Virus record (IMG/VR): IMGVR_UViG_3300030450_001608
Location: 1 to 44,924 of that record
DNA from: a virus
Taxonomy: Duplodnaviria > Caudoviricetes
Strand: one strand, 5' to 3'
DNA: 44,924 nt
The notes beneath the pieces were generated by a model. The model saw only the letters and a list, made by a program, of their open reading frames with translations. It did not search any database and had not been told where the DNA came from. Below, one piece after another: positions 36,767-44,924 of the stretch. Made by a program: the position numbers and the translations under genes. Within the stretch, counting starts at the first letter, position 1. The number at the start of each line of letters is the position of its first letter.

Positions 36767-37173
36767 TGTTCTATCTTCAATCGCTTTATAATAGATTTAG
36801 GTATATCTTTACCTAATTTTTCATAGGTCGCTTTAGCAACTTTAAAATCAGCATCAGTTAGAAAACTATAATTAATATCTTCTAAAGAATTAAACCATTG
36901 TAAAAATAAGTGTAAATGTTCTTTTTCTTGATTACGATAATTCACTAATTCTCTAAGTTTGCTCGCTGACATAGTAATGGGACAAACTAAAGATTCAATA
37001 TAATCTTCACCGTCATCGAGGAATATCCAATATTCTTCATTATTAAAATCTTTTAAACGGGTACGTCTTAACTCCCTATTTTCAGCTTCTAGATACTCTT
37101 CTCTCTTAAAAGCTTCTTGTAATAATAACTTGGTATGTTCAAGTTCAAGGTTTAAATGTTTATTAGTTTTCAT
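36763..37173 (-). CDS. Hypothetical protein (likely start MKTNK at 37173)
   Basis: ATGA overlap with the upstream small ORF. Confidence 0.6.
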   Translation of the reverse strand: MKTNKHLNLELEHTKLLLQEAFKREEYLEAENRELRRTRLKDFNNEEYWIFLDDGEDYIESLVCPITMSASKLRELVNYRNQEKEHLHLFLQWFNSLEDINYSFLTDADFKVAKATYEKLGKDIPKSIIKRLKIEQ

Positions 37174-37292
37174 TTCAAATACTCGTAAATAGAAATACCT
37201 AAAGCAACATAGAAAACAAACATAGTTCCAAGTATTGTCGCTAATACACCGCAAACAAAATGTTTCTTTATTTCTTTACTTTCTTTACTCAT
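37170..37292 (-). CDS. 40-aa membrane peptide, missing from the ORF track
   Basis: MSKESKEIKKHFVCGVLATILGTMFVFYVALGISIYEYLK. AAGGAG RBS; ATGA overlaps on both sides. Confidence 0.65.
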   Translation of the reverse strand: MSKESKEIKKHFVCGVLATILGTMFVFYVALGISIYEYLK

Positions 37293-37516
37293 TCTAACCA
37301 CTCCTTAGGAAGATAACAGTTATTACCTTTAACTTTAATAAATTCAGAATCAGAATTATCTTCTTCAAATTCTACTTCTAAACCAGCACATAAAATTGAC
37401 ATAGTAAAAAGATAGTCGGACATATTAGGGATATGATCCGTTACACCATGTTCAGCTATTGTATCATAACTTACAAATTTACACGTCTTTTTCATCTTCA
37501 AATACCTTGTGTGCAA
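37289..37516 (-). CDS. Hypothetical protein
   Basis: ORF track; the true start may be the internal MKK. Confidence 0.5.
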   Translation of the reverse strand: MHTRYLKMKKTCKFVSYDTIAEHGVTDHIPNMSDYLFTMSILCAGLEVEFEEDNSDSEFIKVKGNNCYLPKEWLE

Positions 37517-37627
37517 AAACAGCTATAAATACACAAATGAAAAATAGTAAGAATTTATTCTGATCAAAAGCCATACCAGAAAAGAATATAACAATATATC
37601 TAAATAAGTTTAAGAAGATAGAGTTCA

Positions 37628-38137
37628 TTATTTAGACTCCCATTTAACAAACAACTCCCTCAAGTCTCTTATATTTTCTTCCATTGATGCTGACTTTTCT
37701 GCTGACTCCACTGCTGACCATGCTGCTAATTTTGCTGCTGACCATGCTGCCGATAATGCTGCTAATTTTGCTGATGAATCTACCGCTGACTTTGCTACTG
37801 ACCATGTTACTGACTTTACTGCTGATCTTGCTTCTTCAGTCGGGTTATTTAGGTAATCAATGATTAATTGGTAATTATATTCAGAACAATATGGTTTTAT
37901 TTTCTCAATATTAATCAATGCTTTTTTACATCCGAATATACGTAAGTCATGCTTCTGTTCAGCACTAAACTGATCATATGCTTCTGATATAAACCAGTAC
38001 ACATCACTCCAACTATTAGAGTCAAGACATTGACTTAATGTTACTTCATTATTTCTGTGAACTTTAATAAATTGATTATAACCAGAACTGCAAGCGTTTA
38101 ATTGACGTAATTCTTTTGAATTAGTTGAGATCTTCAT
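37628..38137 (-). CDS. Early protein with SA(A/V)xS low-complexity repeats
   Basis: L..LNAC..G N-terminus and SAAWSAAKLAAWSAVES repeats; own promoter. Confidence 0.75.
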   Translation of the reverse strand: MKISTNSKELRQLNACSSGYNQFIKVHRNNEVTLSQCLDSNSWSDVYWFISEAYDQFSAEQKHDLRIFGCKKALINIEKIKPYCSEYNYQLIIDYLNNPTEEARSAVKSVTWSVAKSAVDSSAKLAALSAAWSAAKLAAWSAVESAEKSASMEENIRDLRELFVKWESK

Positions 38138-38177
38138 AACTGTTTTTCCTGTTTAATTGTTTTATGTAGCTGAATTC

Positions 38178-38206
38178 AGTATGGTTCATCCAGGATAGGA
38201 TGTAAA
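38178..38206 (-). promoter_or_regulatory. Sigma70-like promoter (TTTACA-17-CATACT)
   Basis: Seen on the - strand. The downstream RBS block aaacaggaaaaacagttatgaa is identical to the one at 24304..24325. Confidence 0.65.
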
Positions 38207-38224
38207 GGAGTTTTGTAAAATAAA

Positions 38225-38434
38225 TTCATTTAGTGGGAAGCTCTGGTCGAACTAGCTATATTCCGTATAGCTACAACACGCGCTAACATGGTTAAAAGAA
38301 AACCAGAACCTCCCACTAAATGAACTAAAGAGAGGCGAACGGTTTTATTAACCCAGACCGAAAACTGGAACCCTTAAATCTTTAGTAACTTGGAATCTCT
38401 TACTAATGGTGTAGGGTAACACCGACTAACCGTT
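38225..38434 (-). ncRNA. Candidate structured RNA (long stem plus multi-branch domain)
   Basis: A 23-bp stem that is continuous only on the - strand (G-U pairs), plus a closed multi-hairpin domain. Confidence 0.45.
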
Positions 38435-39059
38435 AGGCTAGTTCTTTCATAATCGCTGCAAGTTTAGCTTGAGAAAGATCAGCCACTTTACTCAATGTTG
38501 CTGCACCGTGTTTAGTCATAATCGCTTTAGCTTCATCACGGTCTTCTTTGGCTTTAGCACGTAAGGCAGTTTTAACCGCTTCAGGATCGATGTCTTCGCT
38601 ATAAGGCTCGTCGTCATCAAAACCGTCATCGTCTAAGTCGTCTTCCGGCTCATCAGCAGCTTGTTTGGTCGGTCCTTCCTGCAATACACCAGCAATAGTT
38701 TCATATTCATCTTCTTCAACAGAAGTTACTGTTTTCAGTAATGTACCTTTACTTTCGTAACCAGCTTCTTCCAGCATAGACATTACAAAGTCTTCACCGT
38801 GTTCTTTTTTAGCTGCGCTAACTACCTTTTTAAAAGCTGCGAAATCCATACCAGATTTTTCTTTAGCTGGTGCTTTAGCGGCTTTTGTTGCTTTAGGTTC
38901 AGTTTTCGGCTTACTGGTTTCAGCTTTGGTTTCCGCAGGTGCTTCGGTAGTGTAAGTCTCGCCCAGAATAATCTTATTAATGGCGTCAATTTTACCAGCA
39001 TTTTCAGGAACAAGTGCAAGAGCGAATGTTACGGTGTTTAGTGTCATTTCTTTAGACAT
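38433..39059 (-). CDS. Replication-module protein with two similar helical repeats and an acidic linker
   Basis: K/A/E-rich. Two similar segments (L..AG..TLLK..V.EDEY.TI and M.KHGAATLSKV..L.AI). AAGGA RBS. Confidence 0.7.
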   Translation of the reverse strand: MSKEMTLNTVTFALALVPENAGKIDAINKIILGETYTTEAPAETKAETSKPKTEPKATKAAKAPAKEKSGMDFAAFKKVVSAAKKEHGEDFVMSMLEEAGYESKGTLLKTVTSVEEDEYETIAGVLQEGPTKQAADEPEDDLDDDGFDDDEPYSEDIDPEAVKTALRAKAKEDRDEAKAIMTKHGAATLSKVADLSQAKLAAIMKELA

Positions 39060-39136
39060 CGTTATTTCCTTTTAAGGGTTTAAATAAAACTGTTATTACT
39101 GACTAACTGTTTAATGTTGTGTGCCAGTGGGATATC

Positions 39137-39165
39137 ACTATATGTGGGATTTATCATATTGGCAA
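39137..39165 (-). promoter_or_regulatory. Leftward sigma70-like promoter (TTGCCA-17-TATAGT) in the divergent control region
   Basis: Consensus spacing. gtgggat direct repeats at 39127 and 39144 flank the -10 box. Confidence 0.65.
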
Positions 39166-39287
39166 ATGCTTTTTATTATTAATGTTCTATATAATATAGA
39201 TTGTCAAAATATTGTATGTATTTATTGTGCTTTTTATCAGAGCGCGTATATTACCATACCCACCAAAAGTATAAAAAGGTATAGCAA

Positions 39288-39527
39288 ATGTTTGAATATA
39301 CAAAAGAGGAGCTCCAGGCGATACGTCAGGCTCGTCTTAAGGAATTAATAGAGGTAGCAGGTGGTCCCACCATGTTAGCCCGTATTATGGGAATAAGTAT
39401 CAATACTGTTATGGGATGGCATGTAAGAGGTCAAATAAGTAAACAAGGCGCACGATTGATACCAACGTTGAAAAACGAAGCTATTAAAAACCGTTTTAGC
39501 CCTGAATACTTGAGACCTGATCTATGA
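39288..39527 (+). CDS. Cro/YdaS-like HTH regulator
   Basis: AGGPTMLARIMGISINTVMGW..RGQI and C-terminal LRPDL. Confidence 0.8.
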   Translation: MFEYTKEELQAIRQARLKELIEVAGGPTMLARIMGISINTVMGWHVRGQISKQGARLIPTLKNEAIKNRFSPEYLRPDL

Positions 39528-42133
39528 ATATAAATAAAGAACAATTACAGCAATACTTGGATTGTGACTCAGACCTTATCCCACTCCATATATGGAATAA
39601 ACAAACTAATCGTAAAGGGAAAATTCAGCAACGTGGTAAAACTCCACTTTATGGTAAATGGATGTCACGCGATAAAAACGTAGAGGAAACATTAAAACTC
39701 GCTGATAAAGGTTATAACGTCGGCTACCGTTTAAGCTCTACAGATTTAATTATTGATGTTGACCCACGTAATTTCGAAGAAGATGACAACGCATTAGAAC
39801 GCTTATGCGAATTCCTAGGTGTTTTCGACCTTAGTGAAATCGCCCCTACGGTTATCACGGGTAGCGGTGGTTATCATTATTATATGACTAAACCAGCGGA
39901 CTTTGATTGTAAAGAATTGTTGGAACAGTTTAAAGGTATTGAATTTAAAACTGTAGGTCGTCAGGTTGTTTGCGCTGGTAGTAAACATCCTAACGGTAAT
40001 TATTATAAATGGGATACCAACGGGATAGAATTATGGGAAGCGCCTAACGTACCCAAAAAGCTTTTAAAACTATTAAAGCGTGAAGTCCAGGGTAAACAAG
40101 CTGAGGCCGGAGTACTGAGTAACTACGAGCTTGAAAAACTGCTCAATCAATTACCTGTTACAGACTACAAAGATAACGACAGTTGGTTCCGTGTTTTATG
40201 TGGTAGTCATCACGGTACTAATGGGGGTGGTATTGAGGAATTCCTTGATTGGTGTATGGGCGACCCAGACTTTGAGGACGACATACATTTAATCCGCCTA
40301 CGCTGGGAAAGCCTTAGTAATAAAACTAACGCGATTAGTGTAAGCACCTTATATAAGGAAGTGCTCAGTTATGGTGGTAATACTGCCGTGAGTTCTGCTG
40401 AGGATGACTTCGCCGACTTTGCTGAACCTAGTGAGGGTAATAAAGCTGAAACCGCTGAGGACGGTGATGAGGGTTTTGAAGAAGATGAGGATATTGACTT
40501 TGCTGATATCACGGAAGAAAAAACCTTAAACAAAAGTTACAAGCCTGGATTAGCCTTACGCCTAGCTAACGAATTAAGTAATGTTAGTGAAGACGAGGAG
40601 ATTACCAAAGCTGTTAGAGCTGCAATGCAAGCCGGAACAATAGAACAGGCTAAAGCGTTAGGGGTTATTCAAAAAGCTACCGGATTGAATAAAGGTGTTA
40701 TTAATCAAATTATAGATAGTACCAAGGCACAAATTGCTGAGGATTTAGGCCGTATATTAGCGGAAAAAACTAAGCAGGTTAAATTCCAAAAAGGTAAAGG
40801 TATCGTCTTTAGTAATAGCAGTCAATTTTGGATTTACAACGGTACGCACTGGACACCAATCAATAAACAATACGTAGGTAAACAAATCACCAAAGTATTG
40901 GATAAGATGCGTCAGGAAATCGACATCAATGTTAAGGAAAACGCAATAGTTACAGAAGCTTTAAGTATTATGGAGCGTATATGCGCCACCAATAAAGATG
41001 TCCTCCGGTTAACACAAAAACCTTATCCAGTTATTAACTGTCGTAATGGGGAGTTGTGGATTGATGGAAAAGGCGTAGGGAAGTTGAGGGAACATAAGCC
41101 GAGCAGTTATTTACTACAGGTGATTGACGTTGAATATACTCCAGGAGCGGAATGCCCTTTATTTGATAAGTCTATCCGTGAGATATTTGGTAACTTCCCA
41201 GACACTGAAGATATGGTACGTCACTTTGAAGAATATATGGGTTACATATTACACCCCGATAAACGTCCTGCTCATTGGTGGTTAATGAAAGGTCCAGGTG
41301 GTGACGGTAAGTCTACACTGTTTAAAATCATTAGCGGTATATTAGGTGAAGCCGTAATGCCGGAGGAGCTCAGTCGTTTTGAAGGTGGCGCTCGTGGTGA
41401 TAAGCATGCTATGGCTGAACTTCCTGGAAAACTATTGGTATACGATGATGACCTTAATAAGAATACTATCTTACCTGACGGTATACTTAAAAAATTAAGT
41501 GAAGACGGTGTAAGTACGGCTAACCCTAAAGGGGAAAAAGGGTTCCAATTCCAGCGGGTATGTAGTGTGGCTATGCTTAGTAATGGTTATCCCAAAACAA
41601 AGGACATCAGCCGTGGTACTCGTCGCCGTGCAATGGTTATCCCTTTTAACCGTGGTTTCCATGAGGGTAATGCTATATTGGATTTACCTGACCAGATTAT
41701 TAAGAATGAACTAGCTGGTGTTATGAATCGTGCATTACAAGGTCTTCAACGGTTGCGTCAACGCGGTAAATTCCAAGAGCCTAAAAGCTGCCAGTTAGCC
41801 AAAGCCGAATGGTTAAACGAAAGTAATCCCGTTGCATTCTTTATTAGTGAGTGTTTGGAACAAACTAATAACACGGAAGATACGATTAGTTTGGGTGATT
41901 GCTTTATGGAATTTACGGAATTCTGTAATAATTATTCTATCCAGAACAGATTTACCAAACAGCAATTTCGCTCTAGTATGGAGGACATGGGAATTTATTA
42001 TGGTCATGGAAGTGCGAATGTTCGTTCCTTTAAAGGTGTTAAAGTTAAAGGAGCCGAACAAGGTGATGCGGTTGAGGAGTTTTCCCCTATATTAGAGGAT
42101 GATGATTTCGATTTCGATTTCAAAGATAGTTAA
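39524..42133 (+). CDS. Primase-helicase (PrimPol + PriCT-2 + D5/SF3 helicase + C-terminal wHTH)
   Basis: IDVDPRN, TGSGGYHYY, GPGGDGKST, RRAMVIPFN. Confidence 0.92.
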   Translation: MNINKEQLQQYLDCDSDLIPLHIWNKQTNRKGKIQQRGKTPLYGKWMSRDKNVEETLKLADKGYNVGYRLSSTDLIIDVDPRNFEEDDNALERLCEFLGVFDLSEIAPTVITGSGGYHYYMTKPADFDCKELLEQFKGIEFKTVGRQVVCAGSKHPNGNYYKWDTNGIELWEAPNVPKKLLKLLKREVQGKQAEAGVLSNYELEKLLNQLPVTDYKDNDSWFRVLCGSHHGTNGGGIEEFLDWCMGDPDFEDDIHLIRLRWESLSNKTNAISVSTLYKEVLSYGGNTAVSSAEDDFADFAEPSEGNKAETAEDGDEGFEEDEDIDFADITEEKTLNKSYKPGLALRLANELSNVSEDEEITKAVRAAMQAGTIEQAKALGVIQKATGLNKGVINQIIDSTKAQIAEDLGRILAEKTKQVKFQKGKGIVFSNSSQFWIYNGTHWTPINKQYVGKQITKVLDKMRQEIDINVKENAIVTEALSIMERICATNKDVLRLTQKPYPVINCRNGELWIDGKGVGKLREHKPSSYLLQVIDVEYTPGAECPLFDKSIREIFGNFPDTEDMVRHFEEYMGYILHPDKRPAHWWLMKGPGGDGKSTLFKIISGILGEAVMPEELSRFEGGARGDKHAMAELPGKLLVYDDDLNKNTILPDGILKKLSEDGVSTANPKGEKGFQFQRVCSVAMLSNGYPKTKDISRGTRRRAMVIPFNRGFHEGNAILDLPDQIIKNELAGVMNRALQGLQRLRQRGKFQEPKSCQLAKAEWLNESNPVAFFISECLEQTNNTEDTISLGDCFMEFTEFCNNYSIQNRFTKQQFRSSMEDMGIYYGHGSANVRSFKGVKVKGAEQGDAVEEFSPILEDDDFDFDFKDS

Positions 42134-42557
42134 GTTAAAAACTTTGGAACATGGATGTTTTCTCCTTTTAGTTAGTTTAAGTTAAGTTAGTTCCAGTTAA
42201 AAGTTAATAAAATAGAGGGTATACTATGTATGTTAAAAAATAAAATATGAATTTCTGTAAATATATAAATATATAACAGCGTTTTTATTAACTTTTAACA
42301 AAAAGTAACTTTTTAGTACGTAACCCATTGGTATTTATGAAAAAATTTTTAACGCCCTTGGAAAAGCCCATTTAACTTAAACTAACTAAAACCTTGTAAG
42401 CTTTTGATAATACTAAAATTATAAGAAAGTAACAGACATCTAACTAAAACTAACCACCTTAACTAAAACTAACTTTTATATTAAATAGAGACAAAATAAT
42501 AGCTGATTTAGTAGTTTTAACTTAAACTAACTAGGTTTTTAACTATAGGTAATTTTT
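42134..42557. other. Putative replication origin (AT-rich, iterated repeats)
   Basis: 20-bp perfect inverted repeat (42166-42185 / 42372-42391), a 17-bp copy at 42517, and taactaaaactaac at 42441 and 42460; directly after the primase gene. Confidence 0.65.
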
Positions 42558-42959
42558 ATGAAAGAAATAACCGTAAATATAACAGAACGACATTATGAAA
42601 TACTAAATAGAAGATTTAGTACGATACCTAACCTCTTAGCACAAATAGCTGAATGTTTTTCAGACGACCATTTGGTATTATTTATGGACAAATACTATGA
42701 ATATTGCCCATTAGGTTCTAAAAGAGTATTTAAAGAAGTTTTTGACGATTATAATTCTTTTTGCTCGGATTGTAAAAGATTGAGGGAAGACGATAGATAC
42801 CCATTATTTAAAACTCTTAATAGAGTTCAATTTTTAAAATGTATTAAAGTAATGGGGTACAAAGTTGAAAAATCCTCAGCTAATAAAAATTACGTATTCA
42901 ATATAAAACGTAAATCTGTATTAGAACAAGAAATTGACGACTTCCTGGAGCAAGAATAA
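42558..42959 (+). CDS. Protein resembling the primase C-terminal winged-helix (origin-binding) domain
   Basis: VFDDYNSFC..QFLKCIKVMG..SAN aligns by eye with primase CFMEFTEFC..QFRSSMEDMG..SAN. Confidence 0.6.
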   Translation: MKEITVNITERHYEILNRRFSTIPNLLAQIAECFSDDHLVLFMDKYYEYCPLGSKRVFKEVFDDYNSFCSDCKRLREDDRYPLFKTLNRVQFLKCIKVMGYKVEKSSANKNYVFNIKRKSVLEQEIDDFLEQE

Positions 42960-43177
42960 TGGTTATTGAAACTCTTAAGTCTAAAGGTTTCCATATTAAT
43001 GTATATGAACAAAAAGCAACTATTTATAAACATGGAGATTACATAATGAGTTTGACTAGATATAGTAAAAATAACTCTTGGAAATTTAACAGTTCCCCTA
43101 TTTCCGAATCACGTATTATAATGATCGCTAATCGTATTGCTTATAACTGGAAAGTAAAAAGAATTTACCTGAGATAA
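42959..43177 (+). CDS. Hypothetical protein
   Basis: TAATG coupling and GGAG RBS. Confidence 0.6.
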   Translation: MVIETLKSKGFHINVYEQKATIYKHGDYIMSLTRYSKNNSWKFNSSPISESRIIMIANRIAYNWKVKRIYLR

Positions 43178-43183
43178 TTAACT

Positions 43184-43768
43184 ATGAAAACGTATGAATG
43201 TAGACACGCAATGATTGACCTTGAAACAATGGGTTTAAACGAAGATGCAGCAATTATATCCATCGGTGTGGTTATGTTCTGCCCCGTCCAGGGAGTGATA
43301 TCCCCGAACACTTTTTACCGTGAACTGGACTGGGAAGACCAGAATCGCACCATTGATAAATCTACCGTCGAGTGGTGGAAAGGTCAAAACCCTAAAGCAA
43401 AAGCAGCGTTAAACGGCCTTGACAGTCTGTCAGACGTCCTAAAAGAGCTCCAGTTATACTTACCTACTGACTGTAAGCCATGGGGTAACGGAGCGACTTT
43501 CGACATTAGTAAAATGGAACACGCTTATCGCCAACATAATCTGGAGATCCCATGGAAGTTCTGGAATATTAGGGACTGTCGTACTGTTAAGGATATGTAC
43601 GAGTCTGCTCGTGGTGGTTTAGATAGGAAGACTGGTGGCACTTTACATAATGCTCTAGATGATGCTAAATATCAAGCATGGTATATCTGTAAAATGTGGG
43701 GTCAGTTAATTGGAAACCGTAATGGTGGTAAAGCTCCACCTGACCCGTTTAAATTTAAGAGGAAATAA
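43184..43768 (+). CDS. DEDDh 3'-5' exonuclease (Rv2179c/DUF5051-like)
   Basis: MIDLETMG, WGNGATFD, RDCRT, HNALDDAKYQ. Confidence 0.9.
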   Translation: MKTYECRHAMIDLETMGLNEDAAIISIGVVMFCPVQGVISPNTFYRELDWEDQNRTIDKSTVEWWKGQNPKAKAALNGLDSLSDVLKELQLYLPTDCKPWGNGATFDISKMEHAYRQHNLEIPWKFWNIRDCRTVKDMYESARGGLDRKTGGTLHNALDDAKYQAWYICKMWGQLIGNRNGGKAPPDPFKFKRK

Positions 43769-44092
43769 ATGATGAGTAAACCTATTAGTAATATTAAATC
43801 TAAGAAGGTTCAAGCTATAGTATGTCATATACTTGACGAATTAGAAGAACAAGGTGCTTGGATATATCATGTTAGTAGGTTTGATTCTGTTTATATTAAA
43901 TTTAAAAATACTTTCTTACGTACCATACGTATCGCAGATCATAAGGGTAGAAAGCAATATCGCTATAAATGGAACTTGGAAATAAAAGGTAAAAACTCAC
44001 GCGTTTCTGACAAAGATGGTATTGTTCGCCATTATTATTGTTTAGAAGATATTAACTGTATGATTGACGAAATAAAGAGTTATAATTATTAA
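43769..44092 (+). CDS. Hypothetical protein
   Basis: SVYIK..IRIADH motif and GAGGA RBS. Confidence 0.7.
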   Translation: MMSKPISNIKSKKVQAIVCHILDELEEQGAWIYHVSRFDSVYIKFKNTFLRTIRIADHKGRKQYRYKWNLEIKGKNSRVSDKDGIVRHYYCLEDINCMIDEIKSYNY

Positions 44093-44111
44093 GTAATTTA
44101 AGAGGAAGTAA

Positions 44112-44348
44112 ATGATGAGTGATTTGAAAGAATTCAAGATTGTGATTGAAGAATCAGATACAGGCCGTACACTTGTTCTACCTAATGTGAAAGCAAGTGA
44201 TTACTGTTTAGCTGAAGCTTATGGAAATATGGTTGCTGAAAATTTACCTACTACTGAAGTAGATAGACAGAACGGCTTTGGTATTAGTGAAACAACATGG
44301 TCATGTTGGCCGGAGGAAGTAAATGCAACCGATAACCATGATAATTAA
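44112..44348 (+). CDS. Hypothetical protein
   Basis: GAGGA RBS. Confidence 0.65.
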   Translation: MMSDLKEFKIVIEESDTGRTLVLPNVKASDYCLAEAYGNMVAENLPTTEVDRQNGFGISETTWSCWPEEVNATDNHDN

Positions 44349-44538
44349 TATGGCGTTATCTGCTTATCTTTGTGACGATAATAAAGATAAGCAGATTAAA
44401 CGCTTGGCGCGTAAATATATGAATTTGTACGCTAGGTATGATGATGGATTACATGCTATGTTAAACACCATACTAGAACATGATAATCCTGCTCAGGTTG
44501 TCTTAGTTAGTTACTCACAATTAAAGGATAAGCTATGA
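44323..44538 (+). CDS. Hypothetical protein
   Basis: GGAGGA RBS. Confidence 0.65.
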   Translation: MQPITMIINMALSAYLCDDNKDKQIKRLARKYMNLYARYDDGLHAMLNTILEHDNPAQVVLVSYSQLKDKL

Positions 44539-44705
44539 AAACCCAAACAGTACTGATTATTAGAAAAGTTGAATGTCGTTGTCCAGAATGTAATGAAATC
44601 ACAGAGGGGTATTTAGGTGATCCTCGTGGTGGCGTTTACGAATGCGAGTGGTGCGATGCTAAGTTTGAAATACATAAGGAAGCCGACCTGGAGTTTGAAG
44701 GATGA
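44535..44705 (+). CDS. 56-aa zinc-ribbon protein, missing from the ORF track
   Basis: CPEC...CEWC; AAGGA RBS; ATGA overlap. Confidence 0.7.
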   Translation: MKTQTVLIIRKVECRCPECNEITEGYLGDPRGGVYECEWCDAKFEIHKEADLEFEG

Positions 44706-44848
44706 AAAAGTTTAAACCGTTATATGGTAGACCTCCTCAAACTTTTAATTGTCGTTGTTCAATAAAACCTTTACCGGATGGAAATAAACCTAGCGGTAAA
44801 TCATTCCACCAGCTAATGAAGGAATTAAAAGATGGCAAGCCCTATTAA
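44702..44848 (+). CDS. 48-aa hypothetical protein with an NCRC motif, missing from the ORF track
   Basis: MKKFKPLYGRPPQTFNCRCSIKP...; ATGA overlap; GGAG upstream. Confidence 0.55.
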   Translation: MKKFKPLYGRPPQTFNCRCSIKPLPDGNKPSGKSFHQLMKELKDGKPY

Positions 44849-44924
44849 CCTCTTAGAAGGTGATTTCCTTTGTTGCGGTACGTTATGTCCTAAGAACAAA
44901 GCTCAGGATCACATAGACCGGATG
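44826..44924. repeat. Second copy of the 99-nt end repeat
   Basis: Identical to 1..99. Confidence 0.95.

Noticed and set aside
37480-37628. Stop-codon recoding or frameshift in a small hydrophobic ORF (TAG in frame with 37289..37516)
   Set aside because: TAG serves as a normal stop elsewhere and long genes are uninterrupted in the standard code. A short peptide or decayed gene is the simpler explanation.
37680-37830. gctgac/gctgct repeats as an array or diversity-generating element
   Set aside because: They are explained by SAAWSA-type low-complexity protein repeats common in phages, and no reverse transcriptase is present.
38338-38434. Possible tRNA gene
   Set aside because: No properly placed T-loop, D-loop or anticodon arm and no CCA end. 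Kept only as a generic structured-RNA candidate.
1480-42095. Numerous antisense or alternate-frame ORFs of 60-150 aa (for example 1480..1668, 7192..7565, 30597..31049, 41813..42095)
   Set aside because: They lie within well-supported genes and lack RBSs or motifs, so they are treated as shadow ORFs.
44826-44924. Terminal direct repeat as a biological genome end
   Set aside because: It is exactly 99 nt and cuts through coding sequence, which is typical of an assembler k-mer overlap. It indicates circular completeness, not physical termini.

Overview
The window is an apparently complete, circularly permuted genome (about 44.8 kb) of an AT-rich tailed phage with a contractile tail (myovirus). 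The last 99 nt repeat the first 99 nt. I found no integrase, so it is probably lytic; sigma70-like promoters and the gene families suggest a proteobacterial host (inference). The + strand (1-22.2 kb) carries the terminase (large subunit split into two ORFs), portal, head, tail and baseplate genes, a beta-helix tailspike and lysis genes. The - strand (22.2-39.1 kb) carries an SNF2 helicase, DenV, a VRR-NUC nuclease, a family-B DNA polymerase, a nucleotide-modification operon, an SSB, a Cas4-like nuclease and small early genes. The + strand (39.3-44.9 kb) carries an HTH protein, a primase-helicase, a likely origin and small genes. The main candidate new system is the translationally coupled operon at 27.1-32.4 kb: a TAGT/J-base-like glycosyltransferase, a radical SAM/SPASM enzyme, an aGPT-Pplase1-like helical protein, a 58-aa ORF, a dUMP-type thymidylate synthase homologue, an HD hydrolase, a DUF3310 kinase-like protein and a dCTP deaminase, followed by PolB. 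It looks like a thymidine (5hmU) hypermodification pathway. I see no P-loop 5hmU DNA kinase or PLP decarboxylase of the known amino-acid routes, and a glycosyltransferase is present, so it may make a sugar-modified, base-J-like thymine that is then remodelled by radical chemistry. Secondary signals include strand-specific RNA structures, an attenuator-like switch, a -1 tail-chaperone frameshift and a stand-alone origin-binding paralog next to the origin repeats. All family calls come from motif recognition by eye; no searches were run.
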